A stretch of DNA of 64,000 nt from an uncultured Nitrososphaerota archaeon (GCA_963703285.1 OY969807.1:128001-192000), one strand, 5' to 3'. Positions 29,318 through 39,729 are shown, numbered from the stretch's first letter. Program-made: numbers and translations. The notes: generated by a model not told the origin, from the letters alone.

Positions 29318-29513
29318 TTAAAGTTTCCAGTATCCCGTTCCGCACGCGACCTCGAGGACGTCCATGCCCGCAAGGTTCTCCTGTAGGGCGCTCGAGATCC
29401 TGTCCAGCTCGGCCCTTCGCCGGGGTTCGTCCCATAAGTAGACCTCCTCGTGCTCGAAGGCCTTCTTTGTAGTAGTCTTCCACGAAGGGGAAGATGAACC
29501 GGCCTGACTTCAA
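29318..29513 (-). pseudogene. Truncated, frameshifted class I SAM methyltransferase remnant
   Basis: VEDYYK / AFEHEEVY...DVLEVACGTGYWKL*; ends right after motif I. Confidence 0.7.
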
Positions 29514-29745
29514 GCCTGCAAGGCGCCAGTCTTCTCAGGCCCCTGGAGCCTCTGCCGTCTCCGTTCGGGTTCGAGTCCCTCGTCCCCCTCGAGGGCTCAT
29601 TGAACAATTGAGCCACATACCACCAAAGACCGAGTGCTAACAAGACTACAGCCATTCGGTTATCGATTGACACCCATTCAGGGGGTCAGGAATTGGAGCC
29701 GCAGATTCATGAATGAGAGCCGCACGAACTCGTCGCGCGCGCCTG

Positions 29746-30960
29746 CTACGGAAGTCCCTCTGCTTCTTCGATGACCTTTACCCGCCGGAAGAAGATCCAG
29801 AACATGAAGATCGACACCGAATAGAAGATGGACGCTATGTAGAACGGAAGGCCGAGCATCCCGGCGTTCATCATCGCGCTGCCGACCACCGTGCTGAGCG
29901 AATTGGGGAGCCTCGACAGCGCAGCACTGATTCCTGCGGCGGCCCCCCTCTCGTCCCTGTCCACGAGCCCCATGATCAGCGATGTCCCCAGGGGGCTTGA
30001 CACGTTCATCATGAACGTCCTGAGTATGTAGATCCCTCCGGCGATCTCGAAGGTCGGGGAGAGCGGAACGGCGAGCATGAACACCATCGAGAGGCCCTGG
30101 GTGAGCACAATGGACTTCACGAGCCCGAACCTGCGGGCCAGGTTGGGCGCGCCAAGGGCGAAGGCAGCTAGGAGGAACCCAGAGATGCCGAGGACGGGCC
30201 CGCTGTAGGTATCGGGCACGCTGTAACGAAGGGTGAACCACTGCGTCATGAGCGGGACGAAGAGGCCGGCGCCGGTGGCGATGAGGACCGAGGTGACCAG
30301 GTACTTCACGAGGACACCCCGCGACCTTCTGGGCATGAACTCCCTGATGCCCTTCGACTTCGCCGAGGTCCTGGACTCGCTGATTCTGAACAGGAGCGGA
30401 GTGATGGCGACACTGAGCCCCGCTAGGATGAGATACAGCACCACGTGGGCCTGGGCAATGTCTAGCCCGAAAAGCTCGAAGACCAGCACCAATGGGATAG
30501 CGAATCCACTGAGCCCCCAGGCGATGTTCGAGAGAAAGAACGAAAGTGAAAACGCTGTCGTCCTGTTGGACTCCCCGGCCTTCTCTGCCAGCAATGCTGT
30601 CCCTGCCGCGGCGAAGGCCGCCTCGGTGCTGCCTTCAACCGCCGCGGCGAGAATCAGGACGATGGTGTTCGACGTCAGGGCGAACGCCGCCAGCATAACG
30701 CCGGCGAGCAGGTTGCCGACCACGATGAACTTCCTCCTTCCGTATCTGTCCGCCAGTATGCCGAATGGAAGGCTCGCGGCGACCATGCTGACCCCCATGA
30801 CCGTGATCACCGTTCCGGTGAAGACGATCGACAGCCCCTTCACAGTCGTAAGGAAGTAGGAAAGGTCGGTGTAGAGGAAGCCAAGTGCGAATCCTGGGAC
30901 GAAGCTCAGCACAATCAGTAGCTTGGCCTCCCGGGGGATCGACCTGTACTGCCTGAACAT
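29746..30960 (-). CDS. MFS transporter
   Basis: GILADRYGRRK motif A; about 12 TM segments. Confidence 0.9.
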   Translation of the reverse strand: MFRQYRSIPREAKLLIVLSFVPGFALGFLYTDLSYFLTTVKGLSIVFTGTVITVMGVSMVAASLPFGILADRYGRRKFIVVGNLLAGVMLAAFALTSNTIVLILAAAVEGSTEAAFAAAGTALLAEKAGESNRTTAFSLSFFLSNIAWGLSGFAIPLVLVFELFGLDIAQAHVVLYLILAGLSVAITPLLFRISESRTSAKSKGIREFMPRRSRGVLVKYLVTSVLIATGAGLFVPLMTQWFTLRYSVPDTYSGPVLGISGFLLAAFALGAPNLARRFGLVKSIVLTQGLSMVFMLAVPLSPTFEIAGGIYILRTFMMNVSSPLGTSLIMGLVDRDERGAAAGISAALSRLPNSLSTVVGSAMMNAGMLGLPFYIASIFYSVSIFMFWIFFRRVKVIEEAEGLP

Positions 30961-31425
30961 GGGGTCTGCGGGGCGAGGGCCTCGACACCTCGTATAAACG
31001 AGAAACGCGAAGAGGTAGTGATGCCTCTTCTCAGGCGCTGGATGCCTACAGTAGTCCTTCCTTTCTCAGCGCGCGCTCCGGTTTTGTGAGCCTATCTGGT
31101 CTGATTGACATTCACTCCAGCGTCGTCGCGACAAATTCCTCAGTCATTGTCGAGTACCAGTCCGTCGCCAATGATTCAAAGGAAGGGCGAGCCTAGGAAA
31201 AGACCATGAACAGCCGTCGTGTGCCGCAGGTCGGCTTGGTGGCCGGGAAGAGATGAATGAAGTTCAGCGGGGACTATTGGATGAGCTGACAGCGGCGGCG
31301 GAAGCATCTGTCAGACTGAGACTACTGATGGTCTTCCAATAATCCTGCTGTCAGAATGCGCACAAGTGTCTTGTCGCGCGCACAAGCGGACATGTATAAA
31401 TAGGGTCATAAGCCCCGTGCGGCCG

Positions 31426-32784
31426 ATGAAGGTCAAGGTAACGCTCGATCCCGAGGAGCTGCCGAAGAGCTGGTATAACATCCAGCACGACCTGCCGGAA
31501 CCTCTGCCCCCGCCGCTCGACCCCGGGACGTTGAAGCCCATGTCGCCGGAGCCGCTCCTGCGCCTGTTCGCCAAGGAGTGCATCATGCAGGAGGTCTCCA
31601 CCGACGAGTACATCCCCATACCCGAGGGCGTCAGGGAAGCCTACATCCGCCTCGGGCGTCCCACTCCCCTCTATCGTGCCACCCGGCTCGAGGCAGCACT
31701 GAAGACACCCGCCAAGATCTTCTACAAGAGGGAGGACCTCAACCCTGCGGGCAGTCACAAGCCGAACACCGCCCTGGCGCAGGCATACTACCACTCGAAG
31801 GAGGGCACCGAGCGCCTGACCACCGAGACCGGCGCCGGGCAGTGGGGCAGCGCCCTGGCGATGGCGTGCGCACTCTTCGATATCCAGTGCACCGTCTACA
31901 TGACCAGAAGCGCCTTCGTCCAGAAGCCCTACCGCAAGACCCTCATGGAGGTGTACGGGGCGAACGTCTTCGCCTCGCCGAGCAACGCCACCAAGGTGGG
32001 GCAGAAGTTCCTCGCGCAGGACCCGAACCATCCCGGAAGCCTCGGGATCGCGATAAGCGAGGCTATCGAGGACTGCGTGACTCACGACAACACGAAGTAC
32101 GCGATCGGCAGCGTCGTGAACCACGTCCTCCTCCACCAGTCAGTAATCGGCGAGGAGGCGGTCGAGCAGATGAAGATGTTCGAGGCAGAGCCGGACTACA
32201 TAGTGGGGTGCATAGGCGGTGGGAGCAACTACGCCGGGCTGGCTTATCCGTTCATGAGGGAGAAGCTCCGGGGAAGGAGCCAGGCGGACTTCGTGGCCGT
32301 CGAACCGAAGGCCGTCCCCTCCACCACCAGGGGAGAGTACCGCTACGACTTCGGGGACACGGGCGAGATGACCCCGCTCTTCAAGATGTACACCGTGGGC
32401 CACACCTTCCAGTGCCCGCCCATCCACGGGGGAGGGCTGCGCTATCACGGGAAGGCGCCGTCGATGTCGATGCTGATAGACAAGGGTCTGATGAGGAGCG
32501 TCGCCTACTCGCAGAACGAGGCAATGGATGCGGCGATCACGTTCGCAAGGACCGAGGGAATCGTCGTCGCCCCCGAGACGAGCCACGCCGTGAGGGCGGC
32601 GATAGACATCGCGCTCCAGTGCAAGGAGAAGAACGAGGAGAAGACAATCCTCTTCAACCTAAGCGGCCACGGCCTCCTCGACCTCAAGGCGTACGAGGAC
32701 AAGCTCGCTGGGACGCTGGTGGACTACTCTCCCGACGACGCCACAATTAGCAGGGCCCTCGAATCCCTGCCCAGGGTCGCCTAG
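31426..32784 (+). CDS. trpB2: Tryptophan synthase beta-2 (TrpB2)
   Basis: GSHKPN, TETGAGQWG, GGGSN, GGLRYHG, NLSGHG; long N-terminus. Confidence 0.93.
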   Translation: MKVKVTLDPEELPKSWYNIQHDLPEPLPPPLDPGTLKPMSPEPLLRLFAKECIMQEVSTDEYIPIPEGVREAYIRLGRPTPLYRATRLEAALKTPAKIFYKREDLNPAGSHKPNTALAQAYYHSKEGTERLTTETGAGQWGSALAMACALFDIQCTVYMTRSAFVQKPYRKTLMEVYGANVFASPSNATKVGQKFLAQDPNHPGSLGIAISEAIEDCVTHDNTKYAIGSVVNHVLLHQSVIGEEAVEQMKMFEAEPDYIVGCIGGGSNYAGLAYPFMREKLRGRSQADFVAVEPKAVPSTTRGEYRYDFGDTGEMTPLFKMYTVGHTFQCPPIHGGGLRYHGKAPSMSMLIDKGLMRSVAYSQNEAMDAAITFARTEGIVVAPETSHAVRAAIDIALQCKEKNEEKTILFNLSGHGLLDLKAYEDKLAGTLVDYSPDDATISRALESLPRVA

Positions 32785-32833
32785 GCAGGGGAGCGGGCCT
32801 TCCGCGGCGCGTCTCTCAAATACGCGGCTTGAC

Positions 32834-33778
32834 GTGGCGGGACGCAGGATGAGAAACCTGCTCTCGATGGCGGACCTCTCGGGCGAGGACCTCGGATCTC
32901 TGCTCAAGAGAGCCGCAGTCCTGAAGAGGAAGATCAAGTCCCGCCAGGAGATAGGGTCCCTGAACGGCAGGGTGGTGGGCCTCCTCTTCGAGAAACCCTC
33001 CACGCGGACCAGGACGAGTTTCGAGGTCGCGACCGTCAGGCTGGGGGGCCACTCCCTCTATCTCGCTTCGAACGAGCTCCAGCTCAGCCGGGGAGAGCCG
33101 GTAGAGGACACGGCCCGGATACTGGGAAGCTACCTTGACGCCATAGTGGCGAGAGTGTACTCGCAGGAGCTGGTGATCAAGCTGGCCGAGTTCTCGGGGG
33201 TCGCGACGATAAATGCCCTAAGCGACCTGGAGCACCCGACGCAGATTGTGGCGGATCTCTTTACCATAGCTGAGGTTAAGGGGGCCCTCAAGGGGCTCAA
33301 GGTCGCATACATCGGTGACGGCGATAACGTCTGCAACTCTCTCCTGCTCGGAGCGGCCACCATGGGGATGGACATCTCGGTGGCGTGCCCGGAGAACTAC
33401 CGACCAAACGAGACCATCCTGAAGAAGGCGATTAAGATTGGGGACTCGACCGGGAGCGAGGTGCAGGTCTTCACCGACCCGGCGAGAGCCGCATCGGCTG
33501 CAGATGTGATCTACACGGATGTGTGGGTCAGCATGGGAGAGGAAGGCGAGAAGGATAGGAGGCTGAGGGCGTTCCGAGGCTATCAGATAAACTCAAAGCT
33601 CCTTGCGCTCGCGAAGAAGGACGTTAGCGTGATGCACTGCCTCCCGGCTCACAGGGGCCTTGAGATAACGGAGGACATCATCGAGGGACCTCACTCCATA
33701 GTCTGGCAGCAGGGAGAGAACAAGCTCTACGGCGCGGCCGCGGTCCTCGACTGGCTGGTCGGGAGCCGAAGCCGTTAG
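32834..33778 (+). CDS. argF: Ornithine carbamoyltransferase
   Basis: STRTR, HPTQ, DVWVSMG, HCLP. Confidence 0.95.
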   Translation: MAGRRMRNLLSMADLSGEDLGSLLKRAAVLKRKIKSRQEIGSLNGRVVGLLFEKPSTRTRTSFEVATVRLGGHSLYLASNELQLSRGEPVEDTARILGSYLDAIVARVYSQELVIKLAEFSGVATINALSDLEHPTQIVADLFTIAEVKGALKGLKVAYIGDGDNVCNSLLLGAATMGMDISVACPENYRPNETILKKAIKIGDSTGSEVQVFTDPARAASAADVIYTDVWVSMGEEGEKDRRLRAFRGYQINSKLLALAKKDVSVMHCLPAHRGLEITEDIIEGPHSIVWQQGENKLYGAAAVLDWLVGSRSR

Positions 33779-33869
33779 CACATTGCGACCGCTGTCGTTG
33801 CCAGACCTGTATCATTGACTTACCCTTGTCCTGAGGCGCTAGGCTAGGCCCACCCTAGTCGGGCGAGAG

Positions 33870-34742
33870 CTAGTACCCCTTTCTTCGGAAGAACTCCGTC
33901 GCCGCCCTCCGTTCAGCCCCCTCGAAGCCCGCGAAATCACCCTGCATCATAGAATCCATATGCTCCCTTAGGAGGCGCGTGGAGACCTTGTGGTAGAACT
34001 CCTTGCAGACCTCGATCCCGCGCGTGACCTCTTCGTCGCTCTCGTAGAGCCCCCTCTCCTCGATGGAGTATCCGAGAGCCCTGAGCGCGCCGAGGAACCT
34101 GCCGAAGTTGCTCCCTCTGTCCCTGATCGCCTGGACCATCGCCTCCGAGATCGTGATGGTCTCTGGTTTGGAGGCCTGGACGAAGTCGATCACGGTTTTC
34201 GCTGACTGGAGCACGCCAGGTGCCGCTTTCCTGATCTGCGTGTAGCACTCATCCTGCATCTCCTCCATATAATCCACATCTATGTCCAGTAACCATCGGC
34301 CTGACTGGTTCAGGCGCGGCACAAGGGCGGAGAGGCGCCGCGGCGGACTCGGATACACGTCGATGTTCAGCGAGGCTCTGAGAAACGAGACCACGGACGA
34401 GACGGACTCCCGTTCGGGGAGCCTCACGGCGGGGGGGAGTCTCAGCTCAATCTCCTCGGCGTGCTTAGTCAGCATGCGCTCCGGTATCGCTACTATCAAC
34501 CCGGGGCGGGTCGTCGACCTACGCCCTGCTCCGGAATCGTTGGCGCCTCCCAAGATCTCGCTGATGACTGAATGTACGCTCGTGCGTTGCGCCACGAGGC
34601 GGAGGTCCTCCGGATAGACCCCGTAGTCGCCTCCGAGGGAGACGTCGAGGTGGGAGTCGAGGCTCAGCACGGCGAAGTCTCCGCCGAGAGCCTCGATGGT
34701 CGGGGGGACCTGGGAGTGAATGCTGTGGACTATCGCTCTCAT
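33870..34742 (-). CDS. Arginase/deacetylase-fold (UPF0489-like) putative metallohydrolase
   Basis: LSLDSHLD (DxHxD) and LLDIDVDY (DxDxD). Confidence 0.55.
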   Translation of the reverse strand: MRAIVHSIHSQVPPTIEALGGDFAVLSLDSHLDVSLGGDYGVYPEDLRLVAQRTSVHSVISEILGGANDSGAGRRSTTRPGLIVAIPERMLTKHAEEIELRLPPAVRLPERESVSSVVSFLRASLNIDVYPSPPRRLSALVPRLNQSGRWLLDIDVDYMEEMQDECYTQIRKAAPGVLQSAKTVIDFVQASKPETITISEAMVQAIRDRGSNFGRFLGALRALGYSIEERGLYESDEEVTRGIEVCKEFYHKVSTRLLREHMDSMMQGDFAGFEGAERRAATEFFRRKGY

Positions 34743-34757
34743 TTAGTGTCGCCCGAG

Positions 34758-35228
34758 TCAGACCTCGTAGAGGTAGATCGGGTGGGGCTTACTCCATCCC
34801 TTGGGCGTCACTTCAATCTCCTTCGCCGGCTTCCAATCGAGGATCGGATAGTCGAAGTTGACGACCCTCGCTCCTGTGTGGAGCTCCTTGGAGAGCTTCG
34901 GCGTCAAGAGGTTCAGCGTGTAGCTGGAAAGGTAGACGGCCAGGACATCCGCCTTCCCTAGGCCCACGTGCTTGAAGTTGCGACGGATGATGGTCACTCT
35001 CTTGGAGAGGCCCAGTTCTTTGACTCTCTGGCGGCTCTGCGTTACGAGGCGCGCCCTGAGTTCGACGCCCACGGCCCTTGCTCCGAAGTCTCTTGCGGCG
35101 GCGATCACGAGCCTGCCGTCCCCGGAACCGAGGTCGTAGACCACCTCGTCGGGCCGCACCGAAGCCAGACTCAGCATGATCGGGATCACATCTTCCGGGG
35201 TCGGGATGTGGGGCTCGGTGTAGTTCAA
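34758..35228 (-). CDS. Class I SAM-dependent methyltransferase
   Basis: PHIPTP, YDLGSGDGRL, GARVV. Confidence 0.88.
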   Translation of the reverse strand: MNYTEPHIPTPEDVIPIMLSLASVRPDEVVYDLGSGDGRLVIAAARDFGARAVGVELRARLVTQSRQRVKELGLSKRVTIIRRNFKHVGLGKADVLAVYLSSYTLNLLTPKLSKELHTGARVVNFDYPILDWKPAKEIEVTPKGWSKPHPIYLYEV

Positions 35229-35337
35229 CGGTCGATCGAGCGCTCTTTGACTAGATAAACACCCAGCCGCCGTTCGGCGTCCGCCGCTCCGACGGTAGGG
35301 CCGGGACCGTGGCCATCGTACTTTGCCTGTCTGGCGC

Positions 35338-35562
35338 CTATCCTAGCTTCAGCAGGTACTCTGCCAAGTCGTCGGGATCCATGACGTCCAGCTCTTCGAC
35401 CGTGTCTTCAAGCTCCTCGATTGGCATCTCGATTTCCCTCATCACCAGCTTGCCCCCATCCTTGTAGGTCAGACGGGAACGCTTGTTCCCAGCATCGGTC
35501 AGGGACACGAACTCGAGACCCTTGGCCCTGAACGAATCCCTCACATCTGAAATCAGAGGCAT
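35338..35562 (-). CDS. Hypothetical 74-aa protein
   Basis: Host-like codon usage; no competing gene. Confidence 0.6.
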   Translation of the reverse strand: MPLISDVRDSFRAKGLEFVSLTDAGNKRSRLTYKDGGKLVMREIEMPIEELEDTVEELDVMDPDDLAEYLLKLG

Positions 35563-35786
35563 GGGCTTGGCCCGGAGGGGAGCGCCTATTCACACTATCG
35601 GTGACCGTCACATATCGGTTCGCAAGGAGGCTCCGATACCTCCTTGAAGATGGGAGGGGATCCTATCGATGGCCCTTCGAGGCCGAGGGAATCCGAGAAG
35701 TGCTCAGGCCCCAAATTGGCGCGCATGCGTCGCGGGCATCTTGCATCTAATCGAGGATGGTAAATCACCGATGGTTGATAGGTCTC

Positions 35787-35876
35787 CTAGACATAGATCA
35801 GAATCCCAACCACCGCCGACAGCACCAGAAGAAGCAGTACGAGTATGCTCAACGCTCTAATCCAGCGCTTGCTCAA
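35787..35876 (-). CDS. 29-aa single-TM microprotein
   Basis: TTG start, (M)SKRWIRALSILVLLLLVLSAVVGILIYV*; TTAAT about 30 nt upstream. Confidence 0.45.
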   Translation of the reverse strand: MSKRWIRALSILVLLLLVLSAVVGILIYV

Positions 35877-36030
35877 GTTGGCTTTGTTATCCCTCTTGGG
35901 GAGTGAATTAAGCTTCTAGAGTTCGGCAATCATCCTGCAGAGTGCCTCCGACCCCATGACTTGCGCAGATGCGCCACACGGACATTAGGATGGAAAGGGT
36001 AAAAGCGCAAGGCTGGCGCCGACGAGGACC

Positions 36031-37731
36031 ATGGAGATGAGCGCGTCAAGGTCCCTTGAGCAGCTCTCTGAAAGGTATTGGCAAGAGAGGTTGGCAAACG
36101 ACCCGCTGATGGCGACGGCTCTCGGCGACAGGAGATTCGACGGCGAGCTCCCGGATGTCTCACCCGCAGGGCGCGCCAGGTCCAGAAACCAGTACGAGGA
36201 CGTCGTCCAAGCCTGCGGCGCGATTGAAGAGGCTGCCCTTCGTCCGCAGGAACGCCTGACGAGGACCTCCCTCCTGATCGATGCGCGTTCGCAGGTGGAA
36301 TACGCCCTCTGCAATCTCGAAGAATGGACTGTTGACCCCCTCCACGGGCCCCAGGTCGAGATGATGAACGTGCAGTCCTACCAACCCGTGAAGACCCCCG
36401 AGGAGGGTAGAGCTTTGGCCAGACGGTGGCGGGGCATCGGGCCGTACATGGATCAGCACATCGCGAACCTCAGCATTGGCGCGGCGTCAGGGAGGTTTGC
36501 GACGAGGAAGGGCGTCGAGAAGGTCATAGACGAGCTCCAGGACCTGCTTGCCAAGCCCGATGCCGAGTGGGCGCTCCTGAAACCACTGGAGGTGGACCAC
36601 TCCGGATGGTCTGACGAGGACAATCGGGAGTTCAGGACGGGGCTCATCGGCGCTGTCAGGGAGACTGCTCGGCCTGGCTTCGCCAGGTACCTGCAGTTCT
36701 TGGAGTCTGAGGTCCTTCCGAGGTCGAAGCCACAGGACCGTCCAGGGATATCCCACATCCCCGGCGGCGGGGAGGACTACGCCAGGTTGATCCGGGTGCA
36801 CACATCTCTCGACCTGACGGCCAAGGTGCTGCACCAGACCGGCCTGGCGGAAGTATCCCGGATCAACGAGGAGATGAGGGCGCTGGGGAAGAAGGTGTTC
36901 GGGACGGAGGACAGGCAGGCGATTATGGCCCGCCTGAGGACCGACCCCTCGCTCTACTTCTCCGATGGCGACGAAGTAGAGGCAAAGGCGAGAGCCGCGC
37001 TGGCAAGGGCGAATGCCGCCATCGGAAAGTGGTTCGGCCGCCTGCCCCGGACGCCCTGCGAAGTGGTGAGGATGGAAAAGCACGAGGAGAAGCACTCCAC
37101 GATAGCGTACTACCTTCCGCCCGCCGCGGACGGGTCCAGGCCCGGGAGATACTACATCAACACCTCTGCCCCGGAGACTCGACCGAGGTACGAGGCAGAA
37201 GCGCTGGCGTACCATGAGTCGGTTCCGGGGCATCACCTGCAGATCGCGATAGCCCAAGAGCTAGTGTCGTTGCCTCAATTCAGGAGGAACAGCGGAGTCA
37301 CCGCCTTCATCGAGGGGTGGGGCCTCTACTCGGAGCGCCTAGCCGACGAGATGGGCCTGTACTCCTCCGACCTCGACAGAATGGGGATGCTCTCCTTCGA
37401 TGCATGGAGGGCATGCAGGCTCGTGGTCGACACGGGGATGCACTCCCTCGGATGGACGAGGGCCCAGGCCATAGAGTACATGATGCAGAACACAGCCTTG
37501 GCGTCCAACAACATCGTCAACGAGGTTGACAGGTACATCACCTGGCCCGGCCAGGCTCTCGCCTACAAGACCGGACAGCTGGAGATGTTGGCGCTCAGGC
37601 GCAAGGCTGGGGACGCGCTGGCCGACAAGTTCGACATCCGTGAGTTCCACGACGCCCTGTTGGGAAGCGGTGCGGTCCCGCTCGAGGCCCTTAGAGAATT
37701 GATTGCAGACTACACGCATTCAAGAGAATAG
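36031..37731 (+). CDS. DUF885 family putative metallopeptidase
   Basis: YHESVPGHHLQ, FIEGWGLYSE, RLVVDTGMH, PGQALAY, FHD. Confidence 0.92.
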   Translation: MEMSASRSLEQLSERYWQERLANDPLMATALGDRRFDGELPDVSPAGRARSRNQYEDVVQACGAIEEAALRPQERLTRTSLLIDARSQVEYALCNLEEWTVDPLHGPQVEMMNVQSYQPVKTPEEGRALARRWRGIGPYMDQHIANLSIGAASGRFATRKGVEKVIDELQDLLAKPDAEWALLKPLEVDHSGWSDEDNREFRTGLIGAVRETARPGFARYLQFLESEVLPRSKPQDRPGISHIPGGGEDYARLIRVHTSLDLTAKVLHQTGLAEVSRINEEMRALGKKVFGTEDRQAIMARLRTDPSLYFSDGDEVEAKARAALARANAAIGKWFGRLPRTPCEVVRMEKHEEKHSTIAYYLPPAADGSRPGRYYINTSAPETRPRYEAEALAYHESVPGHHLQIAIAQELVSLPQFRRNSGVTAFIEGWGLYSERLADEMGLYSSDLDRMGMLSFDAWRACRLVVDTGMHSLGWTRAQAIEYMMQNTALASNNIVNEVDRYITWPGQALAYKTGQLEMLALRRKAGDALADKFDIREFHDALLGSGAVPLEALRELIADYTHSRE

Positions 37732-37846
37732 TAGAAGATTCCGCATGCCGAGGTTCAGAATGCCCGAGGGGCGGTGCGGATCCTTCGGCTTTGGACCACT
37801 TTTCGGCGCGAGTTGGGCGCGCCTCTTATATCCTAGTATAACATAC

Positions 37847-38266
37847 TTGATAACTCGGTTGTCCGGACCGTACACGCTGGAAGCCGTCCTGATTCTCGCA
37901 GTTTACTTCATAGGCGCCGCGGGAGACCATTTCACCACAGGCTACATCGTCACGGCACCCGGGGGCGGTCAGGAACTCAGTCCCCTGTACAACCTGCTGA
38001 AGAATCGCATCACGATTCAAGCGTTCGTGAACCTATCTTTCGTCATAAAGGCGGTCGGCGGGCTTCTCTTCTTCATGATTGCGCCTTCCCTGATGATTCT
38101 TCCGGCCCTGGTTGTCTGCGCCGCTCCGACGTTCAACATGTTCTGGCTCTGGAATGCTCAGAGAGCGACCGCGGGCGCTGCGCTTGCCGGAAAGATCGGG
38201 GTTTCCCCCCCGGATATGACTCCGCTCTCGGAGGCCGCAGAGACGGCAATTGCGGACGCCGACTAG
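37847..38266 (+). CDS. Hypothetical membrane protein
   Basis: Three to four TM segments; GDHFTT..ELSP motif. Confidence 0.55.
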   Translation: MITRLSGPYTLEAVLILAVYFIGAAGDHFTTGYIVTAPGGGQELSPLYNLLKNRITIQAFVNLSFVIKAVGGLLFFMIAPSLMILPALVVCAAPTFNMFWLWNAQRATAGAALAGKIGVSPPDMTPLSEAAETAIADAD

Positions 38267-38321
38267 GGAAAAGTGAATTCGCTGGCGCGGCACAAAGCGC
38301 TCACAGGGTCGAGTCGCACTG

Positions 38322-38340
38322 GTAGCCCGACTAGGATTCG
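38322..38340 (-). repeat. Distal att site (copy of tRNA-Gln 3' end)
   Basis: Exact match to 49691-49709. Confidence 0.9.
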
Positions 38341-38589
38341 CTACTAGGATGGGGTTGGAACCACCAGCTCCCTGATGACCTTCTTCGGGTTCCTCGTGGT
38401 CGGGCTCTACTTCTTGGGAAAGATTTCGAGAAGGAAGAAACAATCGGATTAGGAGTTAGGGGCTCGCTGCTGTGTCTGACCGTAAGAATAGGTGGGGATG
38501 GAGCAAGTCGCAAATCCCATCGTTCGGACGGTTCTGATAACTCGTCGGGGTATTGAAATATCCGGATTACCGATGCGGCATGCCCGCAA

Positions 38590-39093
38590 TTGAAACTATG
38601 GATAATCGGGCTCGCCTGCGCGATCGGGCTATCCCTTGGGTCGTACTTCTTGGGCGCCGGACTCTTCGACCTCTGCTACACCATCGGGCCTATCCGGCCC
38701 GGGGCATGCGAGTCAGGTGGCTTTGTGGTAGAGCAGGATTCTTCTCTGGTAGCGATAGGAATCTTGTTAGCGCTGCTTTCCATGATCACCTTAGCTTATG
38801 CTGTGAAGAGGAGGAGAAGCCTCGAATCGACCGCCTGGGTACTCTGGTTCGCCAGGTCGGTCTTCGTAGTCGGAATAGCCACCGGAATCCTGATCTTCTT
38901 CGGCTCCTCTGATATCTGCGACCCGTTTGGGCCTTTTGGAACGACGGGAACGTTCTGCACTTCCTTCAATCCGTATGAAGCAATCGGTCCTATACTCACA
39001 CTAATCTCTCTCGTCGGTTTAGTCTATTCATTGAAGACAACGAACCAACAAAGAAACGGAACAAAACCAAACCGTTCGGCCAAAAGCATTTAG
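38590..39093 (+). CDS. Hypothetical 4-TM protein with Cys-paired loops
   Basis: Loops CYTIGPIRPGAC and CDPFGPFGTTGTFC. Confidence 0.65.
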   Translation: MKLWIIGLACAIGLSLGSYFLGAGLFDLCYTIGPIRPGACESGGFVVEQDSSLVAIGILLALLSMITLAYAVKRRRSLESTAWVLWFARSVFVVGIATGILIFFGSSDICDPFGPFGTTGTFCTSFNPYEAIGPILTLISLVGLVYSLKTTNQQRNGTKPNRSAKSI

Positions 39094-39129
39094 GATTAGA
39101 AGATTCGCATTATTACGAAGGTCGGAACG

Positions 39130-39531
39130 ATGAACTTCTCCCGGCTGAGCCTGATACTTGTAGCGTTCGGAGCGCTCTCGTTCGTCCTATGGGAAGAAGA
39201 CATCGCCATTCCGCTGAACCTGGCCCTGGTCTATTTCGGGGGGCTGGGAGTTTTTGGAGGTGGTCTCTTTGCCTGTCTTGGTGCTCTTCAGAGGTGGAGG
39301 ACTCCAAACGCGCGCTCCAACCTCTTCATGGATGCCGTATGGACGATGGTGTCGATTGCACTGATAGTATCCATTGGGTCGTTCCTGGTCCTGACCCAGA
39401 CCCAGTGCTTCAGCCCGTTCCTGAGGGCCGAGACTTGCAATCTGGCTGGCTATCACGCACCCATCTATGCAGGGCTCGCGGTAGCGGCGGCCGGTCTAGG
39501 CATCGTCGTCTACGGGAGAGTTTCAAGATGA
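39130..39531 (+). CDS. Hypothetical 4-TM protein
   Basis: Four hydrophobic segments; loop CFSPFLRAETC. Confidence 0.65.
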   Translation: MNFSRLSLILVAFGALSFVLWEEDIAIPLNLALVYFGGLGVFGGGLFACLGALQRWRTPNARSNLFMDAVWTMVSIALIVSIGSFLVLTQTQCFSPFLRAETCNLAGYHAPIYAGLAVAAAGLGIVVYGRVSR

Positions 39532-39552
39532 TAGCCTCTTTACAAAACAAAT

Positions 39553-39729
39553 TCAGGCAGTGACTTCCTTCGGCTTCGTCGTGAAGAGTCTCCTCTCCTC
39601 GTCGCTGAGGAAGTTATAGAAAGGTATCCGACCTTCCTGAGTCACCAGTATCCCCTGTCCTATCTTGGTCTTGACGATGAACTTCTCCTCGCCGTCGCTG
39701 AGGTTGAACGCCTCCTTGAAGATCCCACT
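39553..39729 (-). pseudogene. C-terminal remnant of a VirB4/TraE-like ATPase
   Basis: FKEAFNLSDGEEKFIVKTKIGQGILVTQEGRIPFYNFLSDEERRLFTTKP; no start or P-loop. Confidence 0.6.

Noticed and set aside
29487-29590. tRNA-Sec-like sequence (GACTTCAAG and GGGTTCGAGTCCC)
   Set aside because: No coherent cloverleaf or D-arm, and the 5' part overlaps the methyltransferase pseudogene on the other strand.
27937-29673. 578-aa ORF and other long overlapping ORFs (31578-32750, 59331-60686, 56814-57854)
   Set aside because: Arg/Pro/Gly-rich shadow frames of high-GC genes that have clear motifs in another frame.
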